Assembly: GCA_002952755.1 (NCBI GenBank)
Contig: CP025011.1
Coordinates: 1,050,001 to 1,082,000 of the forward strand
Direction: 5' to 3'
Length of the DNA stretch: 32,000 nucleotides
DNA from: Candidatus Saccharimonadota bacterium
Lineage (GTDB): Bacteria; Patescibacteriota; Saccharimonadia; Saccharimonadales; UBA4665
Of this stretch, positions 8,088 to 17,429 are shown one piece after another; positions within the stretch are counted from its first letter, which is position 1; every line of letters starts with the position of its first letter. A model generated the notes under the pieces. That model was not told where the DNA came from. It searched no databases and saw only the letters and a list, made by a program, of their open reading frames with translations. A program made the translations under genes and the position numbers.

Positions 8088-8768
8088 TTACTTGGCGGCG
8101 ATGCTGCGCACTGTCTTGTGCTGTTTGCGGCCTTCCTCGTCGACGTGGTAAATGTAGATTTCGCCAAATTGCGTTTCGACTTCTTCGATGCCTGTATCGC
8201 TTACATTTTCCAGATATTTCATGAGTGAGCGCAGCGTATTGCCATGCGATACTACTAAAATATTTTCGCCGTCGAGCAGGCGGGGCAGGATATACGACTG
8301 GTAAAATGGCACGGCACGCTCGTAAACCTTCTGGAGCGTTTCGCCCCCGGGGATGGGATGCGCCCAACTACGGCGAATTTTAGTAAAGGTGTCCTCGCCC
8401 AGCTGCTCTAATACTTCCCATTTATTGAGGCCCGTATATTCACCATAATCGCGCTCGTTCAGTTCGGCATGGGGAGTGTGCGTCAGCTCGCTCTTGCCTG
8501 CGGCTTCGAGAATACCGAGCAGTGTCTCTACAGTGCGGATTTGCTCAGAAGTATAGGCGTGATGCAGTTCAATATCCTGAATAATCTCGCCCAGCTGCCC
8601 GGCCTGTGAGCGGCCTTTGTCGGTTAAATGCACGTCTGTCCGGCCAGTCCATTTGCCTAAAAGGTTCCACTCGGACTCAGCATGGCGGATAAGCATAAGC
8701 GTACCCGGCTCAACGTTTGATTGCTTTTTCGAGGTCTTCGTTGCACTATGTGAGGTATCCATAGGCAT
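8088..8768 (-). CDS. gpmA: 2,3-bisphosphoglycerate-dependent phosphoglycerate mutase
   Basis: [12 protein letters not shown] (RHGxxxWN catalytic motif), [13 protein letters not shown], and [20 protein letters not shown] (dPGM-specific HGNSLRAL.KYL). The start is uncertain among M1 (8768), M3 (8762) and M25 (8696). Confidence 0.85.
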   Translation of the reverse strand: MPMDTSHSATKTSKKQSNVEPGTLMLIRHAESEWNLLGKWTGRTDVHLTDKGRSQAGQLGEIIQDIELHHAYTSEQIRTVETLLGILEAAGKSELTHTPHAELNERDYGEYTGLNKWEVLEQLGEDTFTKIRRSWAHPIPGGETLQKVYERAVPFYQSYILPRLLDGENILVVSHGNTLRSLMKYLENVSDTGIEEVETQFGEIYIYHVDEEGRKQHKTVRSIAAK

Positions 8769-8770
8769 TA

Positions 8771-8799
8771 AGTATACGACAAGGAGTAAAAAGTATGAA
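8771..8799 (-). promoter_or_regulatory. Putative gpmA promoter TTCATA-17-TATACT overlapping the eno SD and start codon
   Basis: Minus strand: TTCATA (8799-8794), 17-nt spacer, TATACT (8776-8771). The -10 ends 2 nt from ATG 8768 and 8 nt from ATG 8762, so the transcript would be leaderless or nearly so. Confidence 0.35.
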
Positions 8800-10078
8800 C
8801 ATTGCGTCGATTAAAGCGCGCCAAATCTTTGATTCCCGCGGGTACCCCACTGTTGAATGCGACGTGACACTAGCTGACGGCAGCGTAGGCCGCGCCGCAG
8901 TACCATCTGGCGCCTCCACTGGTAGCGCAGAAGCGCTAGAATTACGTGATGGCGCAGCAGATTATAGTGGCAAAGGGGTCAACCAAGCTGTGCAGAACAT
9001 CGAAGAACGCATCGCACCGGCTCTAACCGGGAAAGACGCTTCAAACCAACGGGCAATCGACCAAGCCATGCTCGACCTCGACGGGACACCGAATAAAAGC
9101 AGCTTAGGCGCAAATGCCATCCTGGCAGTCTCACTAGCAACCGCAAAAGCTGCGGCAGGAGCCGCAGGGCAGCCGTTGTACGCCTACGTTGGCGGCCTGG
9201 CCGATAACAGTACCTTCACGCTTCCTATGCCCATGCTCAATATCCTGAATGGTGGCAAGCATGCCGATGGCTCGACTGATATCCAGGAATTCATGGTGTT
9301 GCCGCTGGGTGCCCAAGACCTGACTACTGCTCTTAAAATGGCCAGCACCATCTACCACCAGCTCGGCAAAGTACTAAAAAACGCTGGCTACGCTACTACC
9401 GTCGGCGATGAAGGCGGGTATGCGCCGAACGTCAAAGGCGGTTCAGACGAAGCATTAGCGCTCATCTCCCAAGCCGTAACCGAGGCTGGATACGACTTAG
9501 GTAAGGAGGTTTCACTCGCCCTGGACGTGGCCTCCAGCGAACTCACGGATGATCACGGCTACAATTTTGCCCGGGAGGGTAAACGCTACAGCAGCAGCGA
9601 ACTCATCGCTATGTACGAATCGCTCGCACAAAAATACCCGCTGGTATCCATCGAGGACGGACTAAGCGAAGATGATTGGGAAGGTTGGCAAGCACTCACG
9701 CAAAGCTTAGGCGGCAAATTGCAACTAGTGGGCGACGATCTGCTCGTTACCAACACCAAATTGCTCGAAAAAGCCATTGAGCTAAAAGCCGCTAATGCCA
9801 TCCTCATCAAACCGAATCAGATCGGCACCCTCAGCGAAACGATCGACGCCGTCACCATGGCTCAAAAGGCTGGTTGGCGAACAGTCATGTCGCACCGTTC
9901 AGGCGAAACCGAGGACACTACCATCGCCCACCTGGCAGTGGGGCTTAACACCGGCCAAATCAAAACCGGCTCGTTCTCGCGCTCCGACCGTATCGCCAAA
10001 TACAACGAACTCCTACGTATCGCCGAGTCTCTGCCGGGAGCGAAGTTGGCTCAGCCATTCGCCACCAAAAAAGACTAA
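8795..10078 (+). CDS. eno: Enolase (phosphopyruvate hydratase)
   Basis: Full-length canonical enolase: [42 protein letters not shown] and [21 protein letters not shown] lies 8 nt upstream of the ATG. Confidence 0.97.
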   Translation: MNIASIKARQIFDSRGYPTVECDVTLADGSVGRAAVPSGASTGSAEALELRDGAADYSGKGVNQAVQNIEERIAPALTGKDASNQRAIDQAMLDLDGTPNKSSLGANAILAVSLATAKAAAGAAGQPLYAYVGGLADNSTFTLPMPMLNILNGGKHADGSTDIQEFMVLPLGAQDLTTALKMASTIYHQLGKVLKNAGYATTVGDEGGYAPNVKGGSDEALALISQAVTEAGYDLGKEVSLALDVASSELTDDHGYNFAREGKRYSSSELIAMYESLAQKYPLVSIEDGLSEDDWEGWQALTQSLGGKLQLVGDDLLVTNTKLLEKAIELKAANAILIKPNQIGTLSETIDAVTMAQKAGWRTVMSHRSGETEDTTIAHLAVGLNTGQIKTGSFSRSDRIAKYNELLRIAESLPGAKLAQPFATKKD

Positions 10079-10090
10079 AGGCGCATGCCG

Positions 10091-10096
10091 TATAAT
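10091..10096 (+). promoter_or_regulatory. Perfect TATAAT -10 box 6 nt upstream of the Crp-family gene ATG (leaderless geometry)
   Basis: cgTATAATcatagtATG: the hexamer is 10091-10096 and the ATG is at 10103. No SD and no good -35 (A-rich). Confidence 0.35.
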
Positions 10097-10102
10097 CATA
10101 GT

Positions 10103-10747
10103 ATGGATGTCAGAGAAAAGGTCGCGGCTTTCTTCGAGTCATACCCGCAGCAAATATACCAGAAACGCAAACTGCTACTGCTCGCCGAGGAACCTGTCCT
10201 TTCAGTCTTCTACCTTCTTGAAGGCCGCGTTAGTCAATACGATATCGCTCCAAACGGTAATGAAGTAGTTGTCAATATTTTTAAGCCAGGGGCATTTTTC
10301 CCCATGGCTTCGGCACTGAATGACACTGAGAATCATTACTTCTTTGAGTCGAGTATCAAAAGCACAGTTTGCGTTGCACCAAAGGCAGAGGTGGTGCGTT
10401 TCTTAGGCGAAAATCCAGAGGTGTTACTCGACCTATTGGCCAGAGTGTACCGGGGCACGGACGGCGTGTTGAGGCGCATGGCACATCTCATGGGCGGCGA
10501 TGCCCAGACGCGGCTGGTCTTTGAATTATTAAACACCGCATACCGGTTTGGCGAACGGGAACCTGGCGACAATGTCGTCGTACACATAACTGAGGCTGAT
10601 CTTGCCAAACGCTCCGGCCTCGCCCGCGAAACAGTCAGCCGGTTACTGCAGAACCTAAAGACAACTGGTCTGATCGAAATGAGCCGCAGCAGTATTACGA
10701 TCATACATATCCCAACTCTGGAAGCCCAGCTCGGTACTGCGTTATAG
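10103..10747 (+). CDS. Crp/Fnr-family transcriptional regulator (cNMP-binding-like domain plus C-terminal HTH)
   Basis: N-terminal beta-roll pattern (FYLLEGRVSQY...GAFFPM) and a C-terminal HTH, ITEADLAKRSGLARETVSRLLQNLKTTGLI. Its recognition helix RETVSR parallels E. coli CRP RETVGR. The ORF track starts at 10085. I prefer 10103 (MDVREKV) because of the TATAAT-6-ATG arrangement. Confidence 0.85.
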   Translation: MDVREKVAAFFESYPQQIYQKRKLLLLAEEPVLSVFYLLEGRVSQYDIAPNGNEVVVNIFKPGAFFPMASALNDTENHYFFESSIKSTVCVAPKAEVVRFLGENPEVLLDLLARVYRGTDGVLRRMAHLMGGDAQTRLVFELLNTAYRFGEREPGDNVVVHITEADLAKRSGLARETVSRLLQNLKTTGLIEMSRSSITIIHIPTLEAQLGTAL

Positions 10748-10759
10748 CCACAATGTGAC

Positions 10760-10775
10760 TGTGATGCGTGTCATA
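10760..10775. promoter_or_regulatory. CRP-type operator TGTGA-TGCGTG-TCATA (9/10 match to TGTGA-N6-TCACA)
   Basis: It lies 13 nt after the Crp-family stop codon and 48 nt before the Rnk-like ATG. It is followed by a 22-nt gap and then TATGCT (10798-10803), the same geometry as the box at 11825. Confidence 0.5.
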
Positions 10776-10823
10776 GTCCTAAAATCCATACACCTTCTAT
10801 GCTGGTAGTAGGAGGTAGACAAC

Positions 10824-11228
10824 ATGCACACCACTAATCACCGAAAACAACATGATCTAGGGAGATACTTGCCCCTAGGAGGTTGGTATAAGCGCAGACA
10901 CGACGCGCGTCTTGATGCCCGCATCAAAACCATTCTGGATGAACGCCGAACTACCAAGACACATTACTTACCAGAAGAACGTCTTACGCTTCCATCTATC
11001 TGGGGACACAAAAAGGAAGTACTCACCGGCGACACAATCTATCTAGGCCACAATAATACCGTCCACTCATGCATCTTATCTGCATTAGACGGCACTGAGT
11101 TAGAAGAAGGACAGGTCTCGGTCACTTCACCGATAGGCAAGGCGCTGATTGGTCGGCACACCGGCGATAAGATATGCCTGACAACACTTGACGGCCGACA
11201 CGACTACACTATCCTTAAGATTATTTAG
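10824..11228 (+). CDS. GreA/GreB C-terminal-domain protein, Rnk-like (134 aa)
   Basis: The C-terminal VSVTSPIGKALIGRHTGDKICLTTLDGRHDYTILKII matches the Gre-factor FKBP-like domain (S.SPIG.ALIG...GD......P.G......I..I). Its size matches Rnk, and it lacks a long Gre coiled coil. Strong SD AGGAGG lies 8 nt upstream. Confidence 0.7.
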   Translation: MHTTNHRKQHDLGRYLPLGGWYKRRHDARLDARIKTILDERRTTKTHYLPEERLTLPSIWGHKKEVLTGDTIYLGHNNTVHSCILSALDGTELEEGQVSVTSPIGKALIGRHTGDKICLTTLDGRHDYTILKII

Positions 11229-11811
11229 AAAACTTCAGGAGCATGACGAACGCCAACGTCATCGCCAGTAACAGCCATGCAAAGCTATCGCCACCGCGGG
11301 CTATTACCTTTTGCAACTGACTGCGCCCACGGGTACCTATAGGCAAGATAGCAGCATTCATTCGTAACCAGCCCCAATTGAGCGTTAGCAACCCGGTAAA
11401 ACAAAACAGGCACAGAATACATAATGCGCCTACCCGAAAGGTACTCTCCCACATAAACCACAATGCAAAACCCAAGAAAAACGTGGCAATACCTTGCAGC
11501 CACAGGCGCAACCTCGCAGCCAACAATCCACCAGTCAGACCAACCAGACCGCTCGCGAACATCGTAGTAAAGAAGACCATACAAAGCATACTATTAGGAA
11601 ATCCGAATATTTTGCTTTGCCACGAGTTTAAAACATTCCCACAGCTAAACACACTATTAAGATTGCAGACCAACTGAGTGTGTGCGTTCTTGAGTATCTC
11701 CTGATATTCGATCGTTTCTAAAAATGAAGCAACCAGCCCAAGCGCGCCGCCAGCACTAATAAAGCCATATATCGTTCGTTGTTTTATCATGAGCCGACTA
11801 TATACGATCAT
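11221..11811 (-). CDS. Vitamin K epoxide reductase (VKOR) family membrane protein
   Basis: Loop cysteine pair CNLNSVFSC, then a Ser/Thr-containing segment and the active-site CXXC in a TM helix (LCILCLFCF). About four hydrophobic spans. The start is ATG 11811 or ATG 11790. The 3' end overlaps the Rnk-like gene by 8 nt (convergent). Confidence 0.8.
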   Translation of the reverse strand: MIVYSRLMIKQRTIYGFISAGGALGLVASFLETIEYQEILKNAHTQLVCNLNSVFSCGNVLNSWQSKIFGFPNSMLCMVFFTTMFASGLVGLTGGLLAARLRLWLQGIATFFLGFALWFMWESTFRVGALCILCLFCFTGLLTLNWGWLRMNAAILPIGTRGRSQLQKVIARGGDSFAWLLLAMTLAFVMLLKFSK

Positions 11812-11824
11812 CCCGGGAATGCAC

Positions 11825-11840
11825 TGTGACGGCAGTCACA
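11825..11840. promoter_or_regulatory. Perfect CRP-type operator TGTGA-CGGCAG-TCACA in the VKOR / ackA divergent region
   Basis: Exact 5-6-5 palindrome. A 22-nt gap separates it from TATGCT (11863-11868), which puts the box centre near -41.5/-42.5 of a putative ackA promoter. It shares the 9-mer ATACACCTT (11850-11858) with the 10760 site region (10788-10796). Confidence 0.6.
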
Positions 11841-11909
11841 ACATTTCTTATACACCTTGCACTATGCTTTGCTGTGTAGTCCGTTACGGGTACAATAACT
11901 ATAAGCAAT

Positions 11910-13085
11910 ATGGGTATAGCTGATTCACATGTCCTTGCTGTCAACGCCGGCTCGTCGAGCATTAAGATTGCTGTATTCGACTCGCCAAAGGTGCAAAAAG
12001 TAGCCGAAGCGACGGTAGAAAATATCGGCCAGCCATCTGCCAGCCTCCTGACAGCAAAAGGCCGTATCCATGCTGTTATTCCGACACATGCGGATGCTGC
12101 CACACTTCTTGTAAAGTGGCTGCAGGCATATAGCGACGAGTCGAGCGTCATTGCCGTGGGCCATCGGATTGTACATGGCGGTCCGGCATACGCACAGCCG
12201 CAAACCATCACCCAAGACCTGTTAGAGGACCTCCAAAAACTCGCAGCATTCGACCCAGAGCACCTGCCTATGGAGCTGGCACTTGTTGGTACTTTTCAGA
12301 AATTACTCCCTAAGGCAAAGCAAGTGGCCTGTTTCGACACTGCTTTTCACCATGACCTGCCACAGCGGGCACGCCTCCTGCCCATTCCTCGCCAGTTAAG
12401 CGAGAAGGGTATTCGACGGTATGGCTTCCATGGCTTATCCTATGCCTATATCTTGGACGAACTGCAACGAGTCGAAGGTGAGGCAGCCGCTCGCGGCAAA
12501 GTGATCATCGCCCACTTAGGTAGCGGCGCGAGCCTAGTTGCACTGCAAAATGGCAAACCCATTGACACCACTATGAGCATGACTCCCGCCTCGGGCATCC
12601 CCATGAGCACGCGCGCCGGTGACCTCGACCCCGGACTTGCGCTTTATCTGGCAACTACCGAAGGTTACGACGCAGCACGCTTTAATCATATGGCACATTT
12701 TGAGTCAGGACTGTTAGGCATGTCAGAGACCAGCGCCGATATGAAAAGATTGCTCGAAATGGAAGAAAAAGACCAGCGGGCGAAGGATGCCGTTACTGTA
12801 TTTTGCTACCAAGTAAAGAAGACTATTGGTAGCTTTGTAGCGGCGCTGGGCGGTCTCAACACGATCGTCTTCACCGGGGGTATGGGCGAAAATGCGCCTA
12901 AAATCAGGCGGCGAGTCTGCGAGGGACTAGATTTTCTGGGCGTCAGGCTAGATGAAGTACGCAACGCAGCAGGAGAACGCCTCATATCCGCCGATGGCAG
13001 TCAGACAGGAGTGCATGTTATTCATACCGATGAGGCCATAACAATCGCCAAAGAAACCGCGGCGCACATATTCCCAATAACCTAA
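11910..13085 (+). CDS. ackA: Acetate kinase
   Basis: [16 protein letters not shown] (the N.GSSS.K motif), [16 protein letters not shown] and [11 protein letters not shown]. Full length, 391 aa. Confidence 0.95.
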   Translation: MGIADSHVLAVNAGSSSIKIAVFDSPKVQKVAEATVENIGQPSASLLTAKGRIHAVIPTHADAATLLVKWLQAYSDESSVIAVGHRIVHGGPAYAQPQTITQDLLEDLQKLAAFDPEHLPMELALVGTFQKLLPKAKQVACFDTAFHHDLPQRARLLPIPRQLSEKGIRRYGFHGLSYAYILDELQRVEGEAAARGKVIIAHLGSGASLVALQNGKPIDTTMSMTPASGIPMSTRAGDLDPGLALYLATTEGYDAARFNHMAHFESGLLGMSETSADMKRLLEMEEKDQRAKDAVTVFCYQVKKTIGSFVAALGGLNTIVFTGGMGENAPKIRRRVCEGLDFLGVRLDEVRNAAGERLISADGSQTGVHVIHTDEAITIAKETAAHIFPIT

Positions 13086-13095
13086 AAGGAGCACT

Positions 13096-15471
13096 ATGGA
13101 CTTACCAATCGAGGGCCCGCTGGACGAAAAAACACTACATAACATACATGCCTACTGGCGTGCCGCCAATTATCTCTCGGTCGGCCAGATTTATCTCTGT
13201 GATAACCCTTTGCTCAAAGAACCGCTCAGATTGGAGCATGTCAAAAAATTGCTTTTGGGCCATTGGGGCACGACGCCAGGTCAGAACTTCATTTACGCTC
13301 ACCTTAACCGCGTCATTAAAGCCAACAACCTCAATATGGTGTATATTTCCGGGCCGGGCCATGGTGGTCCGGCACTTGTCGGCAATGTGTACTTAGAAGG
13401 TACTTTTTCTGAGTATTATCCTGAAGTAACACTAGATGAATCAGGTCTTAAGAGATTGTTCCAAATGTTCTCATTTCCCGGCGGACTCTCCAGCCATGTA
13501 TCACCGCAGGTGCCGGGATCAATCCACGAAGGGGGCGAACTTGGATACAGTCTCAGCCACGCCTTCGGAGCGATCTTAGACAATCCAGACCTCATCACCG
13601 CTTGTGTAGTGGGCGACGGCGAAGCAGAAACCGGGCCGCTGGCAACTGCTTGGCATTCCAATAAATTTATTAACCCAAAAACCGATGGCGCAGTGCTGCC
13701 AATCCTGCACCTTAACGGCTATAAAATCAGCAACCCAACCATCCTGGCACGCATCGAGCATGACGAACTGGAGCAATTACTGCGGGGCTACGGGTGGACA
13801 CCCTACTTTGTTGAAGGCGACGAACCGCTGCGCATGCACCAACTCATGGCCGCTAAACTGGACGAAGCAATCGGCGAGATTAAAAGAATTCAAAGCAATG
13901 CCCGGAATAATAACGACGCTACCAGACCACGCTGGCCGATGATCGTGCTCAATTCTCCAAAAGGCTGGACCGGACCGCAAACTATAGACGGCAAGCAGAT
14001 AGAAGGCAACTTCCGATCGCACCAAGTGCCCCTCATGGTCGATGCCTCGTGCCCAGATAACGTAGCCGTTCTTGAAGCATGGCTAAAAAGCTACAAGCCC
14101 GAAGAGTTGTTTAATGAACATGGCCGGTTGCTGCCAGAACTTGCGGCACTAGCTCCTACCGGCCAACGACGAATGGGTGCCAATCCGCATGCTAATGGCG
14201 GCAGCTTCATGCGGGAGCTCGTTTTACCCGACTTTCGAAAGTACGCCGTGGCAATCCCGCAAAGAAGCGTAGCTAACGAAGGCAATACGCATGCCCTCGG
14301 CCCCTACCTAAGAGACGTTATTGCGCAAAATACTGCAAGGCATAATTTCCGGATATTTGGTCCAGACGAGCTGGTATCTAATAGATTAGAGGCGGTGTTC
14401 GAAGCAACCAAACGCCAATGGGAAGCCCGAATTCGCCCCACCGATGAATCCTTAGCAACCGAAGGAGCGGTGCTCGACTCGATGCTGAGCGAACACCAGG
14501 CAGAAGGCTGGCTAGAGGGTTATTTGCTTACCGGCCGGCATGGGTTGCTACATAGTTACGAAGCGTTTATTCGCATCGTCGATTCGATGGTTAACCAACA
14601 TGCTAAATGGATTAAAATGTCGAACGAGCTACCTTGGCGACACCAAATAGCCTCGCTCAATTATCTGTTAACTTCTCACGTTTGGCGGCAAGATCACAAC
14701 GGGTTCACCCATCAAGACCCAGGTTTTATCGACCATTTACTCAACAAAAAGGCCTCGGTGGTACGTATTTATTTGCCGCCCGACGCCAACACACTGCTTT
14801 CCACTATCGATCACTGCCTCAAGAGCCGTAACTATATTAACCTGACGATTACCGGCAAGCACGATAGTCCGCAGTGGCTGACCATGGACGAAGCCATTGA
14901 GCACTGCACGAAAGGTATCGGCGTCTGGGAGTGGGCAAGCAATGATGCGAGCGACCCCGATGTAGTGATGGCTTGCGCAGGCGATGTCCCTACCCTTGAG
15001 ACCCTGGCTGCCGTCTCGATCCTACGGGCGCACCTACCTGAGCTCAAAATCCGCGTCGTAAATGTTATTGACCTTATGCGTCTCGAACCCGACACCGAGC
15101 ACCCTCATGGTTTGAGCGACCCAGAGTACGATGCATTATTTACTAAAAACAAAGAGATCATCTTCGCCTTCCATGGATACCCGTGGGTTATCCATCGACT
15201 CACGTATCGGCGGGCCAATCGTAATATGCACGTCCGTGGGTATAAGGAAGAGGGGACTATTACCACAGCTTTCGACATGACAGTACGCAATGACATGGAT
15301 CGTTTTCATCTCGTAATGGACGTTATTAACCGTCTTGGCATGAACAGCCATGCTGCTATAACCTTAAAAGAACAGATGCAGCAGAAGCTGCTGGCCCACC
15401 AAGCCTATATCACCGAACACGGCGTTGACATGCCTGAGATCCAAAGCTGGCGATGGGATATTAACAGCTAG
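13096..15471 (+). CDS. xfp: Xylulose-5-phosphate/fructose-6-phosphate phosphoketolase
   Basis: 791 aa. [10 protein letters not shown], the [15 protein letters not shown] signature and [11 protein letters not shown] (ThDP motif). SD AAAGGAG lies upstream, 10 nt after the ackA stop, so this is an operon. Confidence 0.97.
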   Translation: MDLPIEGPLDEKTLHNIHAYWRAANYLSVGQIYLCDNPLLKEPLRLEHVKKLLLGHWGTTPGQNFIYAHLNRVIKANNLNMVYISGPGHGGPALVGNVYLEGTFSEYYPEVTLDESGLKRLFQMFSFPGGLSSHVSPQVPGSIHEGGELGYSLSHAFGAILDNPDLITACVVGDGEAETGPLATAWHSNKFINPKTDGAVLPILHLNGYKISNPTILARIEHDELEQLLRGYGWTPYFVEGDEPLRMHQLMAAKLDEAIGEIKRIQSNARNNNDATRPRWPMIVLNSPKGWTGPQTIDGKQIEGNFRSHQVPLMVDASCPDNVAVLEAWLKSYKPEELFNEHGRLLPELAALAPTGQRRMGANPHANGGSFMRELVLPDFRKYAVAIPQRSVANEGNTHALGPYLRDVIAQNTARHNFRIFGPDELVSNRLEAVFEATKRQWEARIRPTDESLATEGAVLDSMLSEHQAEGWLEGYLLTGRHGLLHSYEAFIRIVDSMVNQHAKWIKMSNELPWRHQIASLNYLLTSHVWRQDHNGFTHQDPGFIDHLLNKKASVVRIYLPPDANTLLSTIDHCLKSRNYINLTITGKHDSPQWLTMDEAIEHCTKGIGVWEWASNDASDPDVVMACAGDVPTLETLAAVSILRAHLPELKIRVVNVIDLMRLEPDTEHPHGLSDPEYDALFTKNKEIIFAFHGYPWVIHRLTYRRANRNMHVRGYKEEGTITTAFDMTVRNDMDRFHLVMDVINRLGMNSHAAITLKEQMQQKLLAHQAYITEHGVDMPEIQSWRWDINS

Positions 15472-16108
15472 AGTCGATCAGGGCCTGGAGCTTTTCAAAA
15501 GCATCGCGGGGATTTTTGGCTTTGTGAATAAAGCCGCCGGTATTGAGTACTTCGATGCCGCCGCGGACGAGGCCGCAGGCAACATGGTCGTTGATGCCGC
15601 CATCCCAACCGAGTTCGATATCCGGTTTTAGTTCCAGCGCCCGTGTAGCCTTTTCCAGCAAAGTGAGATCGCTAGTACTGCCACCGTGATAGCCTAAATT
15701 GCCACTAAAAACGAGCAGATGCTCGAATGCCTGCAGCAAATCTTCAACACTGCCGATTGTTGTTTGTTGTAGCAAAGCGACACCCGCCTTGATGCCGCTG
15801 TCATGCAGTGCCTCGGCGAACGCGGCGTGGTCAACATCGGCCTCGAGGTGGAAGATAACCAGGTCCGGTTGCAATGCGCGCATCTCCTCAAGGTGGTCTT
15901 GCGGGCGCTGATACATCACGTGCAGATCAACAATAATATCTTTGTTATCCGGGCCCCACAGTGCGCTGAGGGGAGGGGAAGTAGTCGGTGCGAATACGCC
16001 GTCCATGAGGTCAATATGAATGCGTTTGGCAAACGGCTGCACTACATTCATTTGCTCACGGTACTCCTCCAGACTAAAAGCGGTAATCGTTGGCGTGATT
16101 ATGGACAT
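15461..16108 (-). CDS. rpe: Ribulose-phosphate 3-epimerase family protein (divergent)
   Basis: [13 protein letters not shown] (H.D.MDG.F.P), DLHVM, VIFHLEA and ELGWDGGIN match the metal and catalytic positions of the Rpe TIM barrel. The N-terminus is atypical. The 3' end overlaps the xfp stop by 11 nt. Confidence 0.75.
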   Translation of the reverse strand: MSIITPTITAFSLEEYREQMNVVQPFAKRIHIDLMDGVFAPTTSPPLSALWGPDNKDIIVDLHVMYQRPQDHLEEMRALQPDLVIFHLEADVDHAAFAEALHDSGIKAGVALLQQTTIGSVEDLLQAFEHLLVFSGNLGYHGGSTSDLTLLEKATRALELKPDIELGWDGGINDHVACGLVRGGIEVLNTGGFIHKAKNPRDAFEKLQALIDSSC

Positions 16109-16113
16109 GATTC

Positions 16114-16617
16114 CTAGGTCTCCTCATCTAATTTACGAACCCGGCGAGCGTGGCGCTCGGCATCACTATAGGGTGTTGCCAGCCACACTTCGATGGCGCG
16201 CTTCAGCTCATCTTTGTCTAAAAAACGAGCCGATAAGCTCAGCATGTTAGCATGATTGTGCTGGCGGCTGAGGCGCAAAATCTCGTACGGGTCATCGCTC
16301 ATGTGGCCTTCGGCGTCGACCGGCTCTTTGGCGACGGCTAATCCGTAGAACAGCGTACAGCGCACGCCTTTTACCCGATTAGCGGCCATAGCTTCACCTT
16401 GGCCGCTGCCGCCCATAATGATGCCTGTCTGGCAATCCCCATGTGCCACGGCGCGTGCTGCAGGGAATACGAAATCGGGATAATCGTCGTCCATGTCGAG
16501 ATTCTCGGGGCCAAAGTCAACGATCTCGTGGCCCAATGTTTGGGCAAAATCTTTCAACTCTTGGTAGAGCCCACCATATGCTAAACCTGCGTGATCGGTT
16601 GCTACTGCGATTCTCAT
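16114..16617 (-). CDS. rpiB: Ribose-5-phosphate isomerase B
   Basis: MRIAVATDHAG...GIIMGGSGQGEAMAANRVKGVRC is the canonical RpiB/LacAB fold, with the longer actinobacterial-type C-terminal extension. The start was moved from 16656 to ATG 16617, where homology begins. A 5-nt gap separates it from rpe. Confidence 0.9.
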   Translation of the reverse strand: MRIAVATDHAGLAYGGLYQELKDFAQTLGHEIVDFGPENLDMDDDYPDFVFPAARAVAHGDCQTGIIMGGSGQGEAMAANRVKGVRCTLFYGLAVAKEPVDAEGHMSDDPYEILRLSRQHNHANMLSLSARFLDKDELKRAIEVWLATPYSDAERHARRVRKLDEET

Positions 16618-16755
16618 GAGAATTTTAGTGTACGCCTTGACGTACAACCGGCGCAAGCGTATACCGGAATGGTTGATAACGAGCGGTTCCTTGCAAAAAA
16701 GACTGCCGCTATTAGACTCTAAAGATTGCAGTTAAAACTCATGAAGGAGCGTTCT

Positions 16756-17412
16756 ATGAAGTTCTTTATCGATACCGCGGTGCTTAACGAGATCAAAAAA
16801 GCAGCTGACTACGGTGTACTCGACGGCGTAACCACCAATCCCAGCCTGATGGCTAAAGTCGGCATCAAAGGCCGTGAGGCTATTCTGAAACACTATAAAG
16901 ACATTTGCGAACTTGTACCTGGTAACGTCAGCGCCGAGGTCATCTCTACTGACTTCGAGGGCATGATGAAGGAGGCTCACGAACTAGCCGCCATCGATCC
17001 AAAAATTGTGGTGAAGGTCCCATTCATCGGCGATGGTGTTAAGGCCATTAAAGCGCTGAGCGATGAAGGCATTCGCACTAACTGCACCCTCATTTTCCAG
17101 CCCATGCAAGCAGTCATCGCCGCTAAGGCAGGCGCCAGCTATGTCAGCCCCTTCATCGGCCGCTTAGACGATATCGCTACCGACGGGATGCAGTTAATTC
17201 GCGACTTAACGCTCATCTTCAAGAACTATAACTTCCAAACCGAAATTCTGGTTGCCAGCGTTCGCCACCCTATGCATATGGTAGAAGCCGCCAAAGCTGG
17301 CGCCCATGTTGCGACCATCCCATTCGCCGTCATTGAGCAACTTTTCAAGCACCCGCTCACCGATAGCGGCCTTACTAAATTCCTCGCTGACTACGAAGCA
17401 AGCCAGAAATAA
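16756..17412 (+). CDS. tal: Transaldolase, short (Fsa/TalC-type, 218 aa)
   Basis: MKFFIDTA...[10 protein letters not shown]...VKVP...TNCTLIF...[18 protein letters not shown] lies 6 nt upstream of ATG 16756. The ORF-track TTG at 16726 is an upstream extension. Confidence 0.93.
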   Translation: MKFFIDTAVLNEIKKAADYGVLDGVTTNPSLMAKVGIKGREAILKHYKDICELVPGNVSAEVISTDFEGMMKEAHELAAIDPKIVVKVPFIGDGVKAIKALSDEGIRTNCTLIFQPMQAVIAAKAGASYVSPFIGRLDDIATDGMQLIRDLTLIFKNYNFQTEILVASVRHPMHMVEAAKAGAHVATIPFAVIEQLFKHPLTDSGLTKFLADYEASQK

Positions 17413-17429
17413 TAAGACAAGGAAAAAGC

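Noticed and set aside
9795-10268. 157-aa ORF spanning the eno 3' end and the Crp-family gene 5' end
   Set aside because: It is out of frame with two well-supported genes, and its Ser/Pro/Arg-rich product has no motif.
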